Both the position numbers and the translations under genes were made by a program. Shown here piece after piece: positions 28,201-39,000 of a stretch of 64,000 nt of DNA. A model generated the notes under the pieces. The model was not told the origin of the DNA and searched no databases. It saw only the letters and a program-made list of their open reading frames with translations. The stretch comes from Blasia pusilla (taxonomy: Eukaryota): contig CM114271.1 in NCBI GenBank assembly GCA_050084515.1, forward strand, positions 22,196,001 to 22,260,000. The letters are read 5' to 3'. Each line of letters begins with the position of its first letter. Positions within the stretch are counted from its first letter, which is position 1.

Positions 28201-28900
28201 TCTGAAATCCTAGGAGCAAACATCTTCGGTGTATCTATGCATGCTTTGTCGTCCTTTCCATGGCATGGCTTGTTGGCTTTATCCACGTGAGCTCTATTTT
28301 TGTAGGTGATCTTTGCAACATGCGGAGGAGTGTTGATTTCAAGGACTGTAAAATGACATTGACACCCACGTTTGCAACTATCGCCTCTACTTATGATTTG
28401 TCCTCGGCCTACTACCTCTTCCACTTTTGGGGACAATGGACAGACTGTAAACACAACAAAAGGAGCGATGTGAAATTAACACACTAAAACCATTTCTAAC
28501 TGAATGGTCATCCACTCTCCTCAATAATCAAAGTTTGAAATATGTGAATGGATAGGAGAAGATAGTGGGCACCTATGCACAATCTCTGATGCATTTGGCG
28601 CAGATCGGTTGGGCCATACGCACAATAGTATATTGTGTACAATGGACCCCCTCCATCCATGTCTCTGGAGCAGCCCTTGCCCAATCTTGACATTCCTTTC
28701 CGAATGTTGTTGGGTTCCTTCCATCGCCATGCCCTCGCCAAGAATGAGATCATGTAATCTTTCCCAAGGTATGTATGCTACATGATCGTCATCCCAGAAA
28801 GCTTGTTGGTGAGATAAGTCCCTGGAGGAATATCGGTTTGAACAAAAATCTTGTTCATGGATAATATCCTCCTTGTTAAAGAGCTTCCACTTGCAAGCAT
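25267..28900 (-). pseudogene. Multi-exon Mutator-like (MULE) DDE transposase with SWIM zinc finger; at least one frameshift
   Basis: SCKRGCQCHF (FAR1/WRKY-GCM1-like), MDSTFGTN (~27836), GIPVAWF (frameshift follows), IIVDDA, CLWHVR (CxxH motif), NVAIENYH and SWIM CDCPWSLKGNICKH, in the canonical order with GT/AG introns. Confidence 0.88.
25840..26030. repeat. ~23-bp minisatellite (GAAGTATACATGACCTGATCCTA-like, about 7-8 degenerate units)
   Basis: Visible recurrence of GAAGTxxACATGxC between 25840 and 26030. Confidence 0.8.
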
Positions 28901-29129
28901 ATCAGATGTGGCCATGGCGGGGAGGCCAATTCTGTGATCAATGTTTCCCTGTATGTTAATAAGACAGAAAGAACAGGTGTCAAAAGGTGCTATTCAAACA
29001 TTTACTAATCTGGTTGGACATGGTTTAACAAATGGCATGTATTGGGTTTTTATGTGAATGAAGAAGTCTGCATTAGGTGCCCATTCTCGCATTTCGCTTT
29101 CAAACAGATCCTACTCCTGTCCATTACCA

Positions 29130-29290
29130 GTGGAATGTCTTCACTGACATATGGAATGGCTTTGCATTGTCATGGAATGGCTTCCCATAGACATGGAATG
29201 GCTTCCCATAGACATGGAATGGCTTTCCCTTCACATGGAATGGCTTCTCTGGGAGCTGGAATGGTTTATCAGACCCATGGAATGCTTCGG
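29130..29290. repeat. 21-bp minisatellite ATGGAATGGCTTCCCATAGAC, about 7 units
   Basis: Two identical units and several diverged units are directly visible. They explain the spurious HGMAS/MEWL ORFs. Confidence 0.92.
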
Positions 29291-30076
29291 TGATGATTTC
29301 CTCCTAAGCATGGGAAGGAACAGGAATTTCTTAGAATAACTTTACTCGTTTGGATTGCCCTCCAATCTGCGTGCTACATTGCTCTCGAACCTCAGGAACT
29401 TGCTGCCCAAATCGTACGCAGTGTATGAAAAAAATCATGGAAGTTTGTGAACTCCCACCACTTTGAATTCAGAATCAAATACTTTCTGTACAAGGTGGTG
29501 GCATTCCTAGTGGTAGCATGTCCCACTTGTGTAAGCCTCTTCTAACTCTACTACTATGGGGCATGTCACTCAAGTATAAGTGAAGAACCAACTGTATACC
29601 TGTAGTAGATTCTTTAAGAGCCCATGTACAAAATTACTTTCAGGTAAGGTCCGAGAAGTACAAAAACTACTGCGCTAAGGACAAAAACTAACGAGGGTAT
29701 ACTTCTGCCGTGAGAGAAGTATCTAAAAAACCACAGGGCAACGACTCTGGAATCTAGCTTCCCATATCCAATATGGGAACATCTCCATCTACGCTATGTG
29801 CAATGACAACACGAGAAAAAAATCAGAGATAGGAATATCATTACTATCCATGCTAAGCTATTTTGAAAGTAAAATAAGAGAGCAAAATTGGAGGTAGAGA
29901 ACAAGGACTCTTGCCATAATCACAAAATCACATAGAGAGTGCATACTCATACATATATTCATACCTTTTTTTTTTCTTTTCCACTCCTGGGTTGAGTCAT
30001 TTGTACTTGTTCTTCCGTTTAGCCATCCTGGTTGGGGTTGCCATCATTTGTTGGAGGACTTCAAACTTCGACTTTC

Positions 30077-31990
30077 CTAATTCCCTGCACTCCTCGCAAG
30101 AGGTGTCAAACCTATTCGTGTGGACTTCACGTTCTTGGCCTTGGTCACTTGTGAGTGAGTGCCAAGTTTAGGTACCTCACTTCTAATGTTGTCATTGATA
30201 TCATTCAACAACGTCTTGCCCAAATTTTTCTTCAAAGCTCTCAATTCTCTAGAGGATAGTTTTTTCTTGAAGGGTGTCATCATCAAGCATCTTGAGATCC
30301 TCCAATGTTTCCGGATTTGCAAAAGGAATCTGCACGTCTTCATGAATAGGGGTGCGAAATGCAGAGCCGGTTGTGTTGACCAAATGTGGATCGTCTGTAA
30401 CCCCTTCATGATGGATGGCTGCCCCATTCTCACCACATGGAGTGTGTGGAATGGGTTCCATAGGTGTATCACCTCGACACTGTGCATACACACTTTCGGC
30501 TCCCCCCTCTGGTGGAATGAATTCCGCTGAAGTTAGGTCAAGTCCCGGGAGGTGGAGTGGCATCCGCATTGATAGAATCCCCACCTGGTGGAATGGGTTC
30601 CATCATTTGATTCTCTCTCGGCCGTGGAGGGGGATCCGCCCTTGAGCCTCCCCACTTGGTGGAATGGGTTCCACCATTTGATTCTCTCTTGGCGGTGGAG
30701 TGGGTTTCACCATTGAGCCTCCCCACTTGGTGGAATGGGTTCCACCAATTCACTCTCTCTCGGGATGGGAGAGATCTTTTCGATCGTGTCTGGGGACTCG
30801 GCCGCTTTGTAACAATCTTCCCCGCCAATTTTGGTGTCTCGTTCCTTTGGCCCTTTGAACGCTGTGGTACTTTGCAATTAGAAGCCTTACCCGCCTCTTT
30901 CTTTTTATCAGTTATGACCTTACCAGCGTCGTCGCCTAGCGATGACGCGGGTGGCAAGGGTTGAAATCATCGCTATCCGATTCAAGACTTATGTAAGTCT
31001 CCACCCGTCTCCTCCGCTCTCACTTTCAAGCCCTGTTTTCCCTTCTTACACCAGGTGTCTTTGTCATGTTTCCTTTGACTTGGAACATATGCACCAGCTC
31101 TCTCCTCACAAATATCTTTTGCTTTTTTGGAATTTCTAGTGGCCAACCATTCCTCATATTGTTGCTTGGCCATAAACTCAGAGTACTTGGCTTGATCTCG
31201 CTCAAGCCAACCCATTAGATTTTGTTTCTTGCGTGCTATCCACGCAACACTCGCTTGACTTGTGCCTCTCTTTCGACAAAAACTCGGTAGGTAGCTCCTG
31301 TAGAGACACAACGTTGCCTTTTTGAACTACTCCCCACAACTTCTTAACCATCTCCAGATGTGTGAAGTAACCCTTACCCCTCCCTATCAAGTCCTTAGAA
31401 CCTTGTAGACTTGCTCTATCAATGGCTGCCAAGCAACCATATACTACATGCTCCATCATGGAGTTACTATTTTGGCAATCATGAACTCTCACCAAGCACT
31501 CACGGTATTGTTTCCTGTCTAGGAGGCCATCCCAATCCCGAATATGCAAGGAATTCACCAAATTACACTCCATCAAAGCCACCAGTGATGGCTTCTTCCC
31601 TAGTATCGGGATATGAGGACTCCGCTGCATAGACAACCACCTCTCCGAGTGGAATTGAAGCAACCTGTACATTTTCTCCCTCCTGATTTTAGCCTCCCTC
31701 CTATGAGCATCCCCGGATTTCCTAAGGAGCTCTCTCTCTCTCTGGGCATCTGTCACTTCTCTCTTACGACCCATCACTGGGTCGTTGGCGCGCCTACCTG
31801 GATTTTCTAGTGGGACTAGCAATGCCTCGTCCAAGTCAGGGTGGTTTTTAATCAAGTGCTGATTGCACTTGGTTTTATTTTTGGCCTTTAGGATGCGATT
31901 ACAAAGCATGCACATCCACTTTTCCCCATCCTCTATGTATCTCCAATATGTGTTCTCCCCAAGAGCAACACCCCACACAACTCGATTCAT
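30077..31990 (-). pseudogene. Transposon accessory gene with N-terminal BED-type zinc finger, frameshifted
   Basis: YWRYIEDGEKWMCMLCNRILKAKNKTKCNQHLIKNH matches the BED pattern W..(F)...C..C...HL...H. It continues through overlapping frames 31311-30982, 30957-30538, 30584-30249 and 30493-30077, on the same strand as and upstream of the MULE gene. Confidence 0.6.
30580..30765. repeat. 71-bp tandem repeat (about 2.5 units)
   Basis: CCCACxTGGTGGAATGGGTTCCAxCA starts at 30580, 30651 and 30722. Confidence 0.9.
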
Positions 31991-33278
31991 ACTGGTGGCT
32001 GCCACGATTGAACTCTGACGGAAGATATACCGAGACCTACGACTGCCAAACTGACACCACACAAGCTCCTCCATAAGCACTTCAACAATAGAGTAGTACT
32101 CAAACATCAGGCCTGATAAGAAATCCATGCTATGAAGGAGAAAGAAATAGACCAAACATACCAGTTCCCAACTGCCCTTGCTTCCCTCGAGTTTGTATTC
32201 TCAGCGATCCTTCAGCCTCTGATCCGAACTACCCCCTGGAGTTTTCAAGTACACGAGTGTTAACAAAGCATAATCACAATCTTACCCTCACATTTCCAGG
32301 TGAATAGAAGCTTACTGTACTCAGCCACTGCTTCCGGTCTGATTTCTACCACTCATGCATTACACTTCGCGTAGACCTCGTGTTAAGAAATGGTATCCAG
32401 GGCAAAGAAGTCCATGAGATTCCATACAGGAAAGGTGGGCATAACTGCTCAAGAGTCCTCTTTGTTGGAAAAGAAGTCTTCACTCACTCTCCAAGTACGA
32501 GCTAACACGAAGATACTCACGGTGGCCACCTAAACTAAGGGCGCCCCGCTCAGATATTTTATTAGATGGAACAGAACAACGCTGAACGCCATGTCTTAGT
32601 CACTACAAATCTTATGCCAATCAATGACAACGGTGATACACATTCTACTTACGGCCGTCACTTAACTGTCATTTCTTGTAACGATCGAGAATGAAATGAC
32701 TGCATACAACATTGAACAATCTTTCTCATTTCGCACCTTCGAGCTAGCCCTTTCCATCAAGCGTTTTTATTGAAGTTCGTTTTCCATCTTCATAGGCTGA
32801 AGAGTATCTCAACATCGAGACTCGGAGTTTCATGGCATCAGTCAAACGTGCTGCTGCTGTTTGCTTGCTGCTTATGACATTCGGAGAGCGATATTGCCAA
32901 AGCCCGGAGCACTAATTGCTCCGTGCTTAGGGGCTCAGAGGCAAGACAGGTGAGTGAGCGATGCACCAGAGAAACTTGCAAAGTGAATGTCGATCTGACA
33001 GCAAACCCCTCCCTAAATGCGAGAGCGACACAAACCGAGCGCGATTTCACAACAAATTCTTGGAGCCCAATACTCCAGCCACAACTCGTGACGGACGGAT
33101 CGTGTCTATTTCAAAGCTTTCTCGCTGATCCCTGGCCGCCGGTCATGAGGTATTCATCGGATACATGAATAGGCTCTTTCTGGAATTGAATTTTGTGAGA
33201 GCGGAGTTCTCGGAGCAGAGTGAGGGAGAGGGAAGTTCAGTCTAGAATTGGTAGCGAAGAGCAGATACCGACAGGACG

Positions 33279-33785
33279 ATGGAACAAGGCCGTGGCCTCA
33301 TGAATTCGACCACGCATTTGGCAGACGCGCCCATGGGAGGACTGGAGATGAACAATGGGATGCGATTACCTTTCTTTGGGGTAGCGGGTGACATTCTTTG
33401 TTCCAGGCTTGGGAGATTTAAGACCGCAACGCAATACGCCCAAATTGTGTTGGCCTCGCTGGTCATCGCCATCCGCACGAATGGTCGTCGTATTTCGGGC
33501 GTCATTTGTTGAGAAAGGCCATGGATCAACTGTGAAAGACTCTGCGCCCCGCCCGCCTCACTTTCTCCCTGTCGCACTCCGGGTGTTTCTTTCGATTCTT
33601 TTCGCGATCAATGCTACAACGGGTACTTCCTCATGTTGATGGCCATGTCTTTCAACAATGGAGTGTTTATCGCGATCATCTTAGGTCTCACGTTCTCGCA
33701 TTTTGTCCGCTTGATCGTCGAAAATTGTCTTCAGAAGTCGGACGTAACGTTTAACCTTTCCATTTTCCATTCCCCCGGTGTGTAG
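33279..33785 (+). pseudogene. COPT: COPT/Ctr copper transporter relic 1 (frameshifted)
   Basis: Met-rich N-terminus, TFLWGS.VT.LFQAWE..TATQYA, HEW, then LRVFLSILFAINATT-YFLMLMAMSFNNGVFIAIILGLTFSHF. YFLMLMAM starts at 33624 and carries the Ctr MxxxM motif. Confidence 0.88.
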
Positions 33786-33795
33786 TCGGAGCTGT

Positions 33796-34075
33796 CTACT
33801 CAGAAATGCACGAGACAACGAACCCTGGAGGCCCCGTAACGTTGCAAAGAATGAAGGCCATCAGCGGAAGGTGCAATGTGCGAAGGAAGCCATTCCTTCC
33901 TTCGTTCGAAAGCCATTCCACGAGTGGTCCCAAAAAAAACGGCTCCGAATGGGTTTAGGGCTTCGGATGGAAGGAGGTCATTGGACGATGTCAGAGGCCA
34001 TGGGTAAACAGCGGGGATCATGTACATGGTATGGTCCCCATGTAAGTTTATGTACATTACCATGCCATGGGGATG
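33796..34075 (-). pseudogene. COPT: COPT/Ctr copper transporter relic 2 (more decayed)
   Basis: Across frameshifts: HPHGMVMYIN-TWGP...LFT-WPLTSS...AVFFLGPLVEWLSN...GFLRTLH. This parallels plant COPT MMMHMTFFWG...LFSGWPGTSS...VFFLAVLTEWL. Confidence 0.6.
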
Positions 34076-35214
34076 TCTACGACGGATATCCGTGGCGGTC
34101 TGGTCGACACGGTATCCCGGAGAAGGGTCGATTGACGGGGGCGGAGAGAGCACGTCGGGATAATCCTGGGGTTAGCAATTAGTTAAGGACTTGCAGGTGG
34201 GTTAGGAGATAACGGGTAGGTTAGGGCGCTTGGAGGTTCCCAATTAGTGGGAGCCCCTAAGCCCGGAGCAATTAGTGCTCCGGGCTTTGGCAATATCGCT
34301 CTCCATTCCAGTGCGGCCAAACTGTTCGTAGAGCAGATGAAGATCAAGACATGCTACGGTTCGTACAGTTCAGTGCAATAAGAATTAGATGGACTACATT
34401 ATCCAAAATCAACTGCATCGAAGCATATATCTCTCTCTAGGTCGGAGTTGGCGTCGGAATCGGTCCATTTTTTTCTCCTCTTGGACGGCTCTCGAGTCCT
34501 CTACATGCGCACGCGTAGGCCTCGCTCAAACTGTCGATATCAAAAGGGCAACCTCAGAAGCAGCAAGATCATTATGGTTCCATATCCATGCCCCTTCTCT
34601 TATCTCTGACCAATTTCACTTCCTGTCCGCCACCGCTACTTCGCCCCTACTAAACCTACTTAGCTCTCTTTAACCTCTTTACTCACTCCTCCGTGCACGC
34701 ACAGCTGTCTGGTCCGGCTCGCTGTACCGGATGACGCTGGCCTCCTGCGACTGTACCCTTCCGGAGGATCGGACAAAAGGACGGACCGACTGCGCCCGCG
34801 GCCCCTCGTCGGAAGACGGTAACAGTAGGCTTATCCGTGTCAGGCGACCGCCGTCACTATTGGCGGCCGACGACCACAGTTACTGACCTACTTCTACGTA
34901 GTTCATTACAGGCATGACGTGTATTACTCCCTTACGACGGAAGACGTGTTGATCTAATCGGATGAGTTTTAGAATTTTCGGTTTCTCAAACACCGGCAAA
35001 ATATCGTCGGGATATTGGTGTCTCCTCTGACTTAGTATCAAATTAACCTACCGGAATTAGAAAATTTTCAAATTATACATACTCGAAATATATCGGTTGT
35101 TTGGAAAACTTCGTTGCTTTATTTTGGTTACTATGCTAGTAATAGAATATGGTTAAGCTCCTGGTAATTGAAAAGATTGTTAAGTCCTTAAGCTCCTCTA
35201 ATAACTCCTCTTAA

Positions 35215-35337
35215 TTTATATTATTATTGGAGAGAGCCTTCTTGATTTGTGAACACTCTTTTGTTCGACACGTGGCAACCCGGTAGGAAAAAAAAATGTG
35301 CAACAAGATTAGTCCTTACACTTCCGGTATACACTAG
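35215..35337 (+). mobile_element. Short family-A Helitron-like copy
   Basis: A|TTTATATTATTATTGGAGAGAGCC...TGTGCAACAAGATTAGTCCTT...ACACTAG|T. It shares blocks with the 14024 copy and sits between A and T. Confidence 0.6.
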
Positions 35338-35839
35338 TTACTCGTTAAGAAACAACCTAACATCTGTTACATTAAAATCCGTTACATAAGAATGATCTAA
35401 CCATGGTCCGGGGAGTTTTTTCAGGAGAACCCGTACTTTTTTGGTCTATACAAAACATGACTGCAAATCTTCAAGTTTTTCCAATCATGGCCGGCCATTT
35501 CGATACGAATGCAAAGGAACCCTAGTTAATCTGATCGGTTTTTGGCTGGGAATTCAAAATTTGAATCGGAAATTTCCAATTTCATCCTGCCAGCTAAACA
35601 CTTAACCCGGGTTCTCCCCGGACATTGGATCTAACCCTTTTATATCCTAGCAGTCCTACTCAAGTGGGGAGCATTCTTCCTCTTCCTAAAATAGCAAGCA
35701 TCCATATGGCAGCTACACGAATATACATCGTGTCCTTCAAAATGTGCACCAACACGATTGCTTCAATTAAATACTTCCTTTCCTTCGTACTAGTATGATG
35801 TATGTCATATGGATAGTGAGGGGAATTTTAGAATTTTTA

Positions 35840-36030
35840 ATTATATATAATTAAAATAGGATGGTGTTAGAAGAAACCTTCCTTTGGTGGTGACACTTGT
35901 CGTTTTAAGGTCTTTCTATTGTTGACATCTCTCCTCTTGAGGCCCTTCTATTGTTAACGAGTGTCTTTTAAAGGTAATTAAATTAAGAGGAAAATTTGTC
36001 ACCTTGCAACGCACAGGCAACATAGGTTGA
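35840..36030 (+). mobile_element. Degenerate mini-Helitron related to the 52736-52916 element (family B)
   Basis: TATATAATTAAAA...TGACACTTGTCGTTTTAAGG...AATTAAATTAAGAGG...CACCTTGCAACGCACAGGCAAC mirrors the blocks and hairpin of the 52.8-kb copy. Confidence 0.5.
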
Positions 36031-39000
36031 TTATAATTTAATTACTCTTTAACCTTAACATGTGTCCGCTTTCAAAGGATACGTGTTTCTCCAATCTCAT
36101 CATCTATTAACTTTTTGACATTGGTTTTGGTAAATATCTACTTAGTATTTTCTTGAGAGGATTGTATGAAAATTTGTTGCTTGGCCGTTCAATCAAAATG
36201 ACGTGACGAAGAAATATTAGAAGGGACCACGAAAATATTTTCTGCTTTCTATGGTCACTCAGATTTACAAAATATTTACCCCTCAATCAAAAATAGCAAG
36301 AGCAATGTCATGAATTTCTAGTTTAGATATGGTTGAGGGATCCTAATTCGCAATAAAGTCTCACTTGGACTCTAATAAAAAAAATAACTATGGATATCCT
36401 TTCACGAGTGAATTCATGGTTCATTTATCCTATTTTATAAGCTTTAGATTTTATATCATGAAGGAGATATGTTTAGGTTCCTTCTTATGGCATGGATTTG
36501 GAAGGAGAATGGGTAAATACCTCACATTGTCTATCTTCGTGAAAAATATTATAGGGTGGGATTTTTTTAGCCTTAGCCTAGTACTTTCTTGAGAGGGTTT
36601 ATAAGGAAATTATGTTCTTTGCTATGCCCTTAAAAAAAACATTTTCTGGTGAGACAATTAATCGATGTCATGCTAGCGTTTAAGAATGAATTTGTGGATA
36701 AGAGAGACATCGCATCCCATTCCATCGAAGAGCCACCACGTGAACGACTACGAAAGTTGTTAATTATTTCATGGTCCCAATCTAGTGAGTACTAGAGTAC
36801 CTACTCATTTGGTTAATGTCAAACTACCGTTTAATTTTATGGTGGTCTATTACTTTTAGTTATCTTCATATTCCTTAAACCCCTTTGGTACCTAATGTAA
36901 ATTTTCATTTTCATTTGGGAAAAAAGTTCTGAACTTATTTACGAGAGCTTGAGGGTTTCGTTAAGAGTCGCATCCTCAACTTAAGCATTCTCATCGTTAC
37001 ATGAAGCGAAAAAACTCCCTTGATATACCTACAAGAAAAAATAGAAAACGTTCTTTGAAAATAGTTTCAATTTTCATTGATAAACTAAGTTCTTAATTTG
37101 TTTCTAAACGTAGAACTTAGTAGAGGGCCTAACATTTACGCAAGGCCAATTATGAAATATTCGAACACCTTTTTCTTAAAGATGCCTAATTTTTCTTTTA
37201 TGATGTTTGCATCTTTTCATAAGGGGAATGAAGAGTGGTCTTATGTGACATTATTTCCACCCATTTCTTTCTTTTCATCTACTCTCACGGGGAGACTTTC
37301 TCCTCTTATTTATGAGTATGGCAAACTTTGCGTGACTTATTTTTCTTCCTCATTACGAAGTAGCCACCTTACGCAAACATCACAAATGTAGGTGCATTGG
37401 CTACTTCATTTCAGCTGTTTACGATGGCGAGTGAGAAACAATAATCCACAGCAATGTCCGGGAAGAACCGGGCATCGCTATGGTTACGTGTTGAGCTAGC
37501 CCGGAGAATTTGAGAATTTTCGATTCAATTTCTCATTTACTGGTGAAAACTGATGGTTCAAACAAGCTTTATTTTGTATTTGTTTAGCCGGCCGGAATGA
37601 AATTTTTTTTCGAAATGTATCCATTGTCGCAAAAAAAAAAGGGACCCTGATCCATAGCTTGCATAGTTGTCCACCTTGTTCATGAGCTACATGTAATTCA
37701 TTGACGTGGCAGCTGCCATATTCATGTCTCCACATCCCTCGTTTCCAATAGAGTGAGCACGTGACTAGAGTGGATGTGCACTCCCGACATATACCACTAC
37801 CAAGCATCTGGCTTTCGTTATATGTCTTGATCTTGTCTTGAAGGTGTCCTAATGGTAGATCTTTGGAGTCTTGGTGTTGTCCTAATGGTGCATTAACAAA
37901 TAATATTAAATACTTGGGTATTATAACACATTTTTCACGAAGGTGTGGAATTGTGTGTTACACCCGATTCCTTTTTAATGTGAAATCCAGTCAACGGTAA
38001 TCTTTTGACAGCTTGATTACTCGGGATTACTCGAAGGGAACCATAAAAAGCGGGAAGTCCTGAAAAAGAGTGACACAAATAAATAATCTTTGATCTCATC
38101 TTCGAGATTTATGGATTTGCGCGTGAGAATAATGAAACAAATATACCGATAATTTATAATGAAGGCCGAGGGACTGCTACATGCACAGCTATTTTGCTAT
38201 TATTAAAAGTCTTCAAGGGTGAGCATCATGAAAATAAAGGTGAAAGGACCCACAGGAGTATGTATGCATCATAACTTTTACTTCCAAGCGGAAGTATTCT
38301 TCCAGGAACTAAGAAGGAATTAAAAGAACTCTCGTAATTTAAACTGTGAAAAAGGAACCTATAATTAATCATTCATCTATAGAATAATGGGGTGACTTTT
38401 TATAGATAATAACACAAAAGAATGGGATAATAAGACAAAAGAGGATTTTATAATCTACTAAGTTCATGCATGAGTGGTGTTTGGAAGAACCCCCACAAAC
38501 CGCCGAAGGTGTGAGTTGTAATTCTTCGAATGACCTTTAAATGTCGAAGTTCAAGTGAAACTTTGGCTTTCCGACTAAGATAAGTTAGGAGTTCGCATAG
38601 GAATAAACCATTGTAAAAACTCTCATCTCTCTTAGATGCTTACCCTAGATGTGTTTCATAAAATTGGGGGTTCACTATGATCACACACCCTTTCTCACAA
38701 AGGATTAAGGTCCTAGAAACTTTTCATATGCCTGCTTCGATAGGGTTAAGATAATTCATCACCACTACACCACCCTTCATTCCAAGCTAATGCACTTGTT
38801 TTCTCTGAGCAATGTTTGGTAAAGCTTTCTGCAAGACAGTCTATGAAGTAGGGATTCCACACAACAATTCGCATGAGAAGAGGCCCTGTTATTGGAGAGG
38901 CTACAATCGAGATTTGGTGTACATCCGCCGTAGCAGATAGTAGCTCATCTCGACTAGAAGCGGTGTTTCGTTGGAGAGATGATGGATCCATTTCAGATGG

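Larger units (their letters stand above)
32883..34304. mobile_element. Non-autonomous TIR element (1422 bp) with captured gene fragments (Pack-type)
   Basis: 54-bp TIR GGAGAGCGATATTGCCAAAGCCCGGAGCACTAATTGCTCCG(T/G)GCTTAGGGGCTC at 32883-32936 and inverted at 34251-34304 (53/54 identical). ATTC flanks both ends (32879-32882 and 34305-34308). Confidence 0.92.

Noticed and set aside
29130-29290. CRISPR-like array or HGMAS/MEWL repeat protein
   Set aside because: 21-bp tandem units without unique spacers, in eukaryotic transposon context with no cas genes; it is a minisatellite.
32601-32610. CACTACAAAT (and CACTAATAGA at 52723) as CACTA termini
   Set aside because: No matching inverted end or 3-bp TSD could be found.
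34165-34230. Telomere-like GGTTAG(G) words
   Set aside because: Scattered and not tandem; probably subterminal motifs of the TIR element.
34580-34960. CpG/TpA-rich stretch whose plain (non-reversed) complement reads as a ~60-codon open frame, hinting at mirror-inverted DNA
   Set aside because: No mirror partner was found in the window, the compositional excess is slight, and such frames arise by chance in GC-rich DNA.
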